DNA of 64,000 nucleotides from Eledone cirrhosa (Eukaryota), in NCBI GenBank assembly GCA_964016885.1, contig OZ024742.1, positions 242,730,001 to 242,794,000 on the forward strand, read 5' to 3'. A program made the position numbers and the translations under genes. Shown in pieces: positions 1 to 10,199 of this stretch; positions within the stretch are counted from its first letter, which is position 1; each line of letters starts with the position of its first letter. The notes beneath the pieces were generated by a model that saw only the letters and a list, made by a program, of their open reading frames with translations, was not told where the DNA came from and searched no databases.

Positions 1-243
1 GGCGAGATCCAAATCTCTCCGAAAAAGCACAGCAACTCCTCCCCCCGATCCAGGACGGCTGGGAGATGCGTACACATCGTAGCCGCCGAAGATCGGTGCG
101 AAGGCCCGTGCTTCGGAGATTCTGGTCTCGCTGATGGCCACTACATCTATGTTTAGTGACCTGAGATCGTTGAGCAGGTGGCCCTGCTTCCACGACGACC
201 CCAAGCCACGCGCATTTATGCTGCCTATTCTGAGTGAGGTCAT
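1..243 (-). CDS. ORF2 N-terminus (apurinic-like endonuclease), partial
   Basis: Translates as MTSLRIGSINARGLGSSWKQGHLLNDLRSLNIDVVAISETRI...GGGVAVLF, containing APE motifs. Confidence 0.9.
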   Translation of the reverse strand, partial: MTSLRIGSINARGLGSSWKQGHLLNDLRSLNIDVVAISETRISEARAFAPIFGGYDVYASPSRPGSGGGVAVLFRRDLDLA

Positions 244-277
244 GTTGAAATGGAGTGGAAAAGATGGGAAAGACCAC

Positions 278-2387
278 TTACCTTACTTCTCGTAGAGGAA
301 GGATGGTTTCTCCATCCCTTGTCACTTGATTGTCCGGTGAAGGCACCGTTGAATCGTCCCTTCGGCTAGTCGTCGGCTCTTCTGTGAGTATATCCGAATA
401 TACTCTCCGGTTGAGTGTCCCCCTAGGTCTCTGAAATCACCAACTAGGTTGGGGAATTTCATTTTAGTGTTTGTGTATTGTTTCTGTGCTATTCTTAGTA
501 TTCTTATGTTCGTTGGTGTTTTGATTGGTGCTGGTATTATGTAGTCGTGCTGTGAAATGTCTGTGTGTTCAATTATGTAAGTCATTAGTTTCTTGTTGTG
601 TGTATTTATTGCTGTGCATTTCTTTTTCTGGGGGTGGGGTGTGGTTCTGATATTTTCTTGTCGTTGTTGCTGGGTGTGTGTGTTTTGTTGTTGTGTTTGC
701 GATGTTGGTGCTTGTGGTGGTGGTGTTGAAGGTGTTGTTGTTGTTGGCGGTGGAGTTGCCGCCGGTGGTGATGGTGGTGCTAGTGTGGGTTGTGATGGTG
801 TTGGTGGTGTTGCTGCTATAAGTCTCTTTGCAGTAGCCTTTACCCTTTTTTCATTTCTTCCCTCCCTTTTCGAAGGCGACGATGCGCTGCTTCTGCGTTT
901 GTGCCTTCTTGCGACCTTTTGCCATCCCTCTCCCACCTCATACTCCATGTCTGATTCTGTGAGGTCGGGGAGGGGTACCAGCTCCACTCTTTCACTTGTT
1001 CTTGTTGGTGATGGTTGCAGTGGAGTCTCTGTTGCAGCTGCAGTTGGTATTACTGTTGTTGTTGTTAATACTTCCACTGCTGCTGCTGTTCTTGATTTCC
1101 GTGGCGCGGGTAGGGTACAACCGACCTATCCTTCCTGCTTTCCGCCTGTCTTGTTGCTGGTAGCAATGGAGCCGGTTTCGGAAGGAGGGGTGTTTTCTCC
1201 TTTCTCAGGGTCTTCTCATTGCAGAAGGCCCTGAGGTGAGGCTTCGACCCACAGCGAAAGCATTTCGGGCGTTTGCCCTCAACACTTATGGGCTGTTGAG
1301 TGCCGTTATCGAAGTCTATCACATCCGGGATAGTTTCGATGCACTCCTGGTTGGTTTGAATTAACATCTCAATAGAGGTGCCTACCCAATCTTCTCGTAC
1401 TTTTTTCTGTACTTGCAGTACAGTTGTTTTGTCCTCGATTCCGACGAGGACAGACGCGACCAACCAAGAAGGGGCCATCTCGGGTAGGACGTGGGTCAGT
1501 TTGACCCTCATAATTTTTTCTCCGCAGTAGGAGGGCACCAACACCATTTCCTCTCTCCTTAGGGTCACTAAGGATTGAGCCTTTTCCTCCTGGGGTGTGG
1601 TAAAAAGCAAGTCCACGGTGGCATATTTCTTGCCTCGGGTGATATGCGTTTTCCGCTTCCACACAGACCCTAAGACTTTTTGTATTTGAGCCTCTGTGGC
1701 TCTTTCAACCCTACGGGATTTTGTGCTTACTGTGCGGTACGTGACCGTACAGTGCTATTGGGTTTCGAAATATTTTTCGGCTACCTTGCAGATTGCTCGG
1801 TGTCCGGTTTTCGTCACCATCTTCTTTGCTTCCTGTAATTCCTCATTTGTTATAAGGATGGTTTCCAGGTTCTTTGCGATACCTGCAAACGAGATTGGTT
1901 TTTCTTTCTTGTTGTTGTTGTTGTCGTCAGAGCTGCTGTTACTTTTGTTGTTGCTGCTGGTACTACGACTGCCGCCGCTGTTGATGTGGTTGTTGTTGTT
2001 GTTGTTGTTGCTGCTGCTGCTGTTGTTGTTGCTGTTGCTGCTGCTGATGTTGCGGCTGCTACTAGTGTTTTCTTTGTCACTTTTGCTGCTGCTGCTACTA
2101 TTCTTCATGACGTCAGACGAATGAAATGGCTTTCCGTATTTACCGCACACATTTTCCGTCGTTGTCGTCGTTGTGGAGAAATGTTCAACGGTATGCACGT
2201 TCTCTTGGTGAAAGCTACCAGAAACTATATTTTTCTTTTTCTTTAATGGCGTCGCTTGCGAAAGAGACGACACCACATTTAGAGAAGGAAGGGATAGAGA
2301 CAATCTTCTCTCTGATGTAATGATGATTGAGGAAGAAGAAGACGGAAAGAGTGGGAGTGACTTGTGAAAATTCTTTTTTGTAGCCAT
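278..2387 (-). pseudogene. ORF1 (gag-like nucleic-acid-binding protein with zinc knuckle), frameshifted
   Basis: Pieces 1755-2387, 1065-1664 (CFRCGSKPHLRAFC = CX2CX4HX4C) and 322-1077 are homologous to ORF1 of copy C. The conserved C-terminal frame ends ...PLREVR* with TAA at 278-280. Confidence 0.85.
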
Positions 2388-2603
2388 GTTTTTTTTATGG
2401 TTTAAAATGAATATTGGGCACAAAACCCCAATAAGCGGTTATTTAACCCCCAAGGGCCAAATAACGGGCAGAAAGACCCCTCTCACGAGGAGGAGGGTGT
2501 TTTTATCTACAATTTGTTTCAAGTTTTAAACAATTTACAATTTTTATAGCGTTTAAAAATTACTATACCTTACAGAGCCGAGCCTCCGTCAACCATGGCA
2601 TTC

Positions 2604-2607
2604 AATA

Positions 2608-2660
<53 letters not shown>

Positions 2661-2669
2661 TATAATAAT
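2604..2669. repeat. (TAA)n tract: 3' tail of Tx1 copy B and insertion site of copy A
   Basis: Direct reading. Confidence 0.95.
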
Positions 2670-5600
2670 GATTTCTTTATTGGCCACAAGGGCTGACATC
2701 AAGAAAAACATTACAGACGGCACAGGACGGTACAGGACGGTTCGATGTGGGTTTTGTTCGTGTAAATATTTTTATTATTTATATAAGAAAAGAAAAAAAG
2801 GACATAGGAACATATATATATATAAACAATAAAAATGAAAATTGAAACAATGAAATATTCCCCAATAGGAAGGAAACCTCCGAGGGTTACTCGTGGCGAA
2901 AACCACACAAAAGACCACGGCCACCCTGACCATCAGGGCAAGCGCCCTCTCTCAATTTTTCCATTTCTCAAACTACAGACGTGTATTCAGAACGGTTCCG
3001 TTCACTCGGACCATTCTCGCTACATTCACCCACCTTTCAACAAACTTGCTAGAAGGCAGCACTTGCCTCTCCACCCTGATTTTCCTCTTCAAGTGAAACT
3101 TGAAAATGTTAATTAGGAATTCGCCGAAGAGGAAAGTGTCTGTCTTTAACCCTTTCAATCTTGTCCACCACACAATCTCTTTCGTCATGGCCACCAGGCA
3201 GATGAAAACGGCCTGCCCTTCCTCCTCGAAGGAAGACGGCGAGACCATCTGCACAATGGACAGGCTCGGCTGACGGCACTTCCGTGCCTGTAGAGCGTAT
3301 CTCGAACCAGCAGCGCTCCCCGGTAACACTGCCAGGCCAGGGATTTTTGGAAGTTATCCATAGGCCCTGGGCTGAAAGTTCTCCGGAAGAGAGCAAACAG
3401 TTGATCTTCTTCGACGCCCAGAATCTCTCCGAGAACGTCGTCGCTCTTCCCCTTCACTAGTCCTCTATAGAACGCCGACAGAGGGCTGGCAGAGGGCAGT
3501 GAGCGCCTGGAGACATTCCAGTTTCCAAGCGCTATCCCTCGGTCTTTTTCTGACCCAGGACTGCAGCTTCGTCAAGGAGACGAGCTGTGGGAAAACGTGC
3601 CTGGCGAACCGCGACCACACCTGTTCACCGTCAAGGAAGCACCAGAGATGTCGCAGCCTCAGCGCATGTTTGCGCCCATCAGCCATGGCATGCCCAGTCT
3701 TCCACGCAATGGGTGTTGACAGCAGATGGATCGTCTGACCATGGGAGCGCGTCTCTTCCACAAAAAGCGGAAGAGGAGGCGCTCCATTTTGGTGAGAGTT
3801 GGGCCGGAGCAAGGGACGACGGTGAGGCGGTAGCAGATGACGGATGCGATGTACGCATTCGCCACCTCCGCCTGGCCTTTCAGGGACAGCTTCCTCTCGG
3901 CCCATTTCTGGGTGAGGGAGGCCAGATTCCTCGTCACCTCGTTCCAGTTTTCTCCATCTGGAGGTCCGGTCCGGACCAGACCCCGAGCAATTTAACCGGT
4001 CCGTCCGTCCGTCCAACTCCCCACGACGCTGTCGGACAGCATGGACTTGCCTCTCCATGTGCCGAGCTGCAAGCCCACCGACTTTTCCTGGTTTATCTTT
4101 GCTCATGTCACCGCTTCGTATTCCTTGAGAGCGGTGCCGACATCTGCACGTCTCTGGTGCTCGACACAACCACAGTGAAGTCGTCGGCGTAAGCCGACTC
4201 GGATTTCCCGCATCCTAGTTCGCGTGGGACGCCCCTCATCGCCCCCAGTTTGTGCAGTAACGGCTCGAGAGCCAATATGTACTAGAGGGACGAGAGGGGA
4301 CAACCCTGGCGGACTGAGCGCAAGATGCTGAACGGCTGCGACAGGTGACCGTTCACCCTCACAACTGAGCATATGTCGCTGTACATCGCTGCGATCCAAC
4401 CCCTGAAAACGGGCCCGAAACCGGCTGCCTCGAGGACCGCCGCCAGGTACAGATGGTCGACCCTATCGAATGCTTTGGATTGATCCAAGTTGATCAAGGA
4501 CCCACCCGTGCCAGGTTCCTTAACCACCCTCTCTATGATGTATCGCATGAGGTGGAGGTTGTCGTGTATGGGTCTGTCCGGAATGGCGCATATCTGCGCC
4601 TCTCCCACCAGACCCTTGACGACAAGCGCCAACCTCGTTGCTAAAACCTTGGCCAAAATCTTGAACTCTGCATTTAGCAGGGTTATGGGCCTTAAATTAT
4701 CGATAACATGCCCCTTGTTCGGGTCTTCTCTCAGCAGCGCCACTGCTCCCCGTCTCACAAAACTGGGAATGCTCCCGTTCTGCTGCCAGTTGCAGTACAC
4801 GTCTGCCAAGAGGTCACCGAACAAGTCTGGCATAAATGCATAAATATCGTACGGCAGACCATCCAAACCTGGCGATTTACCCCTCGTGCAGTTAGCCATC
4901 GCTTCCCGTATTTCACCGGCTGTTTTGGGCTTTTCGCAACACTGTGCTGCGGTCGTCGAGAGCCGAGGCAGTCTGTCGACGTATGCACTGAAGTCCATGC
5001 CCCGATCCGGCTGCCGCTGCTCCCAAACAGTTCAGCAAAGTGCGGCTGAAAAGCTTCACACATCCGCTCGGGTTCGAGCACCACGCACCCTTTTTGGTCA
5101 GACAAAGACCGAATTGTGGCTTTGTTGCCACGTCGCGCCTCTGCCACCCGGGCCCATTGGACGGCTTCTGTCCCCTCGTGTTTCAGAGCACGCGCTCTAG
5201 CTCTGACAACGCAGCCTTCGTGTTTTGCGTTGACGAATTGGTCGAGTACCAATCTCGCCTTAAGCACGTCGGTTGCGATGCCTGTCCTAAACGCCTCTTC
5301 TAGCTTTCTGACTAGCTCTCCCTCTACTCTATTTTCCTCTATCACTACTCCTTTGCTAAACCTAATCGACTCTACTTTAATTGCCCTTTTCAGGGCGAAC
5401 CACCACCTGTTGTTGACGACCGCTCTTGTCAACGCCCGCTTAACTAATATGCTAATCCGGTCTCTGTAGGCTTTGCGCACCGGGAAAGACGTGTTCAGCT
5501 TCCAGTAACCGGACCCTTGTCTATGAAGTCTGTCTATGTCGATCTCACAGATCACAAATTTGTGGTCTGTGTAGTCGACTATTTTAAATTGTGCACAACT

Positions 5601-7029
5601 TATACTAGCCTTATCTAGTTCTCTGCATAATATCCTATCGAGATACGATCTGGATGACACGATGCGGTTTGTCCATGTCCACATTGGCACATTCGGGTGA
5701 TCCAGTCGATACCTGTCAGACAGTTCAAAACGTCTGAGCAGGTTGGTGAGGCTCTTGCACCCTCCTCCCCTATCCACTAGCCCCACAAAATCCCAGCGTG
5801 CATCCAAGATAGCGTTCCAGTCGCCCACTAACACTAAAGAGCGGAACGTTCCAAGTAAGGTCTCTAGACGTCTGAAGAAATCTGGCCGTCCTGCCCCTGT
5901 TGGGGCGTAGACGGCTACTAGCCTGAAAGCATTGCCTTCGCTGCCGATCACGTCCAGCACCACCGACTTACCTTCTGGGTCTAGGAAGATGGCCCGTATG
6001 GCGAGATCCAAGCCTCTCCGAAAAAGGACGGCAACCCCTCCCCCCGATCCTGGACGCCTGGGAGATGCGTATACATCGTAGCCGCCGAAGATCGGTGCGA
6101 AGGCTTGTGCTTCGGAGATTCTGGTCTCACTGATGTCCACCACATCTATGTTTAGTGACCTGAGGTCGTTGAGCAGGTGACCCTGCTTCCGAGATGACCC
6201 CAGGCAACGTGCATTTATACTGCCTATTCTGAGTACGGCCATGTTGGATGAGAAACGGGGCAAGTGAGAAAGGGTCACTTACCTTGATCGTGTTGTGAAG
6301 GGACAGTAGAACCGTCCCTTTCGCTGGTCATGGGTGCTTCCAAGAGGATGTCAGTGTATATCCTCTTGGTAACCTACCCTCTGAAATCTCCAACTGCGTT
6401 GGGGAATTTTTGTTTTAAAGGTTTGTACTGTTCTATTGAGATTTCTATAAAGCTTATGTTTGTCGGGAGAGTTCTTGGTGTTGGTGGGGTGTAGTAGTTT
6501 TTTTCTGTGATGTCTGTGTGCTGCTTTATATATTGATATTGTATGAGTTCTTTTTTTACCATGTTTATGGTTGTGTACTTTTTTTTGGGGGGGGGGGGAT
6601 TTTTTTGCTATTTTCTTCTTGTTGCTGTTTGGTGTGTGTGTTTTGTTTGCGTTGTTGGTGATTTTGGTGATGCTGGTGGTGGTGTGGTTGTTGTCAGTGG
6701 TGCTTGTGGTGGTGGTGGTGTTGTTGCAAGTTTCCTTGCTGCCTTTACCCCTCTTTGTATGTCTTCGCTTTCGGAGGGTGCATCTAAGGCTTTTTTTCTT
6801 TTTTCTTTTTTGCGGAAGACCGTTTTCCACTTCACTCCCGCCTCAAACTCCATGTCGGATTCCGTGGCGTCTGGGAGGGGTATGTGCTCCACGGCTGTTG
6901 GTGGTGGTAGTGGAGCCCTCTTCGGCAATTTTGTTGCTGGTGTAGCTACTTCAAATGTAGCTATTGGTGTTGCCGCCACTGATGCTGCTGCTTTAGTTGT
7001 CCGTGGCCTTGGTATAGGTGCCACGGAGG
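2670..7029 (-). mobile_element. Tx1/L1-clade LINE copy B, 5'-truncated within ORF1
   Basis: Degraded APE-RT ORF2, ORF1 C-terminal part, and a 3' UTR ending AATAAAGAAATC followed by (ATT)n. Confidence 0.92.
2973..6242 (-). pseudogene. ORF2 (APE + RT + C-terminal Cys domain), several frameshifts and stops
   Basis: ORF pieces 4755-6278 (APE), 4282-4998 (RT: KSPGLDG, DQSKAFD, QGCPLS), YADD near 4180-4190, 3659-3937, 3185-3457 and 2973-3329. Confidence 0.92.
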
Positions 7030-7030
7030 T

Positions 7031-7233
7031 AATAATAATAATAATAATTGTTTCTACTTTAGGCACAAGGCCAGCAATTATCCAGTGCATTACTGGTCCT
7101 TTTATTTTATCGACCCCGTAAGGATGAAAGGCAAAGTCAACCTCGGCGGGATTTGAACTCAGATCGTAAAGGGACGTAACTATGCTGAAAAGCATGGCGT
7201 CCGACCCTCTACCGATACTGCCAATCCACCGCC
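7031..7233 (-). mobile_element. tRNA-derived SINE, family A (Meta/MESC-like central domain, (ATT)n tail)
   Basis: A box TGGCAGTATCGG, B box GAGTTCAAATCC, core GCCTTTCATCCTTACGGGGTCGATAAAATAA; more than 10 copies in the window. Confidence 0.85.
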
Positions 7234-7258
7234 ATTAATGATAATAATGATTTTATTT

Positions 7259-7460
7259 ATAGGCGCACTAGGTACTATCTTAAAGAGTTTCCAAGATTGG
7301 TCCCGCTCCGCTTTTTGGAACACTTCAAAAGGCATGCTTGCTGGGAACAGCAATAACCCTCCGATACGTCCTGAATATCTGAGGCTGCAGGTAGTGGCTT
7401 GATATTCATTTCAACAAACTTTCCAGTTAAATAACATCAATGACAGAGACTCAAAGAACA
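7259..7460 (+). mobile_element. Dong/R4 3'-end fragment (~200 bp) with (TAA)n tail
   Basis: Homologous to 9089-9301 (IGALGTI...ACLLGTA...LRYVLNI* plus 3' UTR). Confidence 0.9.
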
Positions 7461-7466
7461 ATGATG

Positions 7467-7526
<60 letters not shown>

Positions 7527-7528
<2 letters not shown>

Positions 7529-9227
7529 CACCAAAAGCCTGGAGATCTTCAGGGTGGCAGATAACATCAGACAGTTGCTAGGCAGGAGTATGGGGTCCTG
7601 GGAGACAGAGTTGACATCAACTGGAGTATCCTTGGGAAGCGTGAAGATCAAGAGAGGTATCTTCCAGGGAGATAGCCTGTCCCCTCTGTTGTTTGTCCTT
7701 GCCCTGATGCCCTTGACCATTATGCTGCGAAAAGTGAGAGCAGGATACAAGTTGGGAAGGGGAGAGCTTACCATCAATTACCTCCTCTTCATGGACGATC
7801 TTAAGCTCTTCGGGAAAAGTGAGAAGGAGTTGGATGTGCTTGTTGACACTGTCCGTATTTTCAGCAGTGATATATGTATGCAGTTTGGTATTGGTAAATG
7901 TGGAGTCATTGTGATGAAGAGGGGTAGGTTGAGCAGAAGTAACGGGATCCAGATACCAACAGGTGAGATGATAAAGGAAATTGACTCTGAGGAAGGATAC
8001 AAGTATTTGGGCGTTCTGGAGGCTGATGGCATAAAGAACAAAAAAATGAAGGAATTGTTAAGAACTGAATACATTCGAAGAGTAAGGAGCGTATTGAAGT
8101 CACATCTGAACAGCAGAAATGCCATAAGCGCAGTAAATTCCCGAGCTGTGTCTATTATTAGGTACAGTGCGGGAATTCTGAGATGGAATGTTGCTGAACA
8201 AAAAGAAATGGATAGGAAGACTAGGAAGCTATTGACTATCTACAACATGTTCCACAAGAGGAGTGATGTCGATAGACTCTACCTAAGGAGATCTGAGGGT
8301 GGAAGAGGTCTTATCAGCATAGAGGACTGTGTTCAGATGGAGAAAAACAACCTATACAAATACGTGACCTATAGTAAGGAGCCAATGCTCAGAACTGTAC
8401 TGAAGGAGGGGACAGTAGGCCAGGGGATGTCCAAGGAGGAAATAACATCAAGGAGGAAGAGCAGCCTTAAGGGAAAATCCCTCCATAGTACCTTCTTTGA
8501 GAAAACTGAATTTAGAGATCCACAGACATGGAACTGGTTGAGAAGAGGAGACCTCAAAAAGGCTACAGAAGGAATGCTAATGGCTGCGCAGGAGCAGGCC
8601 CTCAAAACGAAGTGGTTGAAGCACCATATCTACAAGGAGAAGGCTAGCCCACTGTGCAGGATCTGTGGAGAGAGAGAGGAGACTGTGGCTCACATTGTGT
8701 CCGAGTGTAAACACCTAGCCCAGACCCACTATAAGGGCTGGAGACACGATGTGATGGGCAGGGTGATCCACTGGCACCTGTGCAAGGTAAACAATTTACC
8801 ACATTCTGAGAAATGGTATGAGCATAGGCCAGAGGCGGTGATGGAGAACAATCAGGTGAAGGTGCTGTGGGATTTTAGGATACAGACGGACAAAAAACTG
8901 GAACACAATAGACCTGACCTGGTGGTTGTGGACAAAGAAAAAAGAACGTGTCTGATTGTGGATGTGGCCTGCCCGTTCGACACGAGAGTGCAAGAGAAGG
9001 AGAGGGAGAAAATTAACCGATACCAGGACCTAAAGTGGGAGGTGAAAAGGATTTGGAACTGCCATGAAGTCAAAGTGATCCCGATTGTCATAGGCGCACT
9101 GGGGACTATCTCCAAAAGTTTCCAGGGATGGTTAAAGAAAATCGGCCCCTTCACGCTTTTTGGAACGCTTCAAAGGGCATGCTTGCTTGGAACAGCAAGA
9201 ACCCTCCGATACGTCCTGAATATCTGA
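7527..9227 (+). CDS. Dong/R4 RT-zinc finger-RLE endonuclease, open frame but N-terminally truncated
   Basis: ORF 7440-9227 excluding the poly-Ile read-through from the microsatellite. Confidence 0.85.
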
Positions 9228-9301
9228 GGCTGCAGGTAGTGGCTTGATATTCAATCCAACGGACTTTCCAGTTAACCAACATCAATGACTGAGATTCAAG
9301 G
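7527..9301 (+). mobile_element. Dong/R4-clade non-LTR retrotransposon, 5'-truncated, flanked by (TAA)n
   Basis: RT (QGDSLSP, FMDD), CCHC finger (CRICGEREETVAHIVSEC), RHD motif and RLE nuclease (PDLVVVD...DVACP...K..KINRY); (TAA)n on both sides, the known Dong target. Confidence 0.93.
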
Positions 9302-9313
9302 AATAACAACAAC

Positions 9314-9346
<33 letters not shown>

Positions 9347-10199
9347 TATAATAATAGGGAAGAAAACGCACATGGTTGATATATATTGTTATGGAATCGC
9401 TCCCGTAAGTTTTTGATTTTTACTTATTTAAAACAACTGTGATAGAATAATTCTTATTACAATTGAAATATAAGATTACAGTTTTTACGCTCAGCAAGCC
9501 TTAACGCATTACTTTACGGCATAGGACCCCAATATTTAATATTGAATTTTGGATCAGAAATGTTATAGTCGAAAAGGAGGAAAATGGCAAAATGGCTAAA
9601 TAGTTAAATGGCTAAGTGGACAGACAAGCAAATAATTTCACCACCAACACCACCGCCGCCACCACCACCACTACCACGCCAAAAACTCTAGTCAAGTTAC
9701 CTCAACTTCTATTTCTGCTTCAACTTCAACACCATCACTACAGTACTACGATCACATCACCACCACCACTGCCTCATTATCGCTACCGCCGCTATTCTAT
9801 CCCACTACCTCCTGCTAAGTACTACTAGCAAAGCACCACCACCACCACTACCACCACCACTGCCTCATTATCACTACCGCCGCTATTCTCTCCCACTACC
9901 CCTGCTAAGACATGCATCGTAGTGTCCCCACTAAAAGAGGAAGGCATCAAAAGATATAAATAGACTGATTTGATGACCCGGTCAAAAAATCAAAAAACCA
10001 AAAATCAAAATCAAAACAGCACAGCAACAACGAAAAAGGTAAAGAAAAGAAAAACAAACAGACAGACAGAAAAGGAAAAGGGAAAAAAAAAAAAAAAAAA
10101 CTAAGTCAGACATTCAAACATTACATTACAATGAAACTTATGCTTATTCTTTTGGTTTTTTTTTTTACCTATTTGTTTGTTTGTTTATTTATGTTCGTC

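Larger units (their letters stand above)
1..2603 (-). mobile_element. Tx1/L1-clade non-LTR retrotransposon copy A (5' UTR, ORF1, start of ORF2; runs off the left edge)
   Basis: ORF2 start (ATG at 243, MTSLRIGSINARGLG..., APE N-terminus) is nearly identical to 16495-16735. ORF1 has a CCHC knuckle. The 5' end abuts (TAA)n at 2604. Confidence 0.92.

Noticed and set aside
593-2320. Antisense ORFs over Tx1 ORF1 (also over ORF2, Dong and pol)
   Set aside because: Shadow frames of low-complexity or GC-rich coding strands; no domain motifs.
2470-2500. CTCCTCGT in the Tx1 5' UTR as an HDV-like ribozyme L3
   Set aside because: It folds as a simple hairpin; no matching P1/P2/P3 or J4/2, and it is absent from copy C.
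7440-7526. Poly-Ile N-terminus (signal or TM-like) on the Dong ORF
   Set aside because: Read-through of the upstream fragment's (TAA)n tail; true Dong homology starts at 7527.
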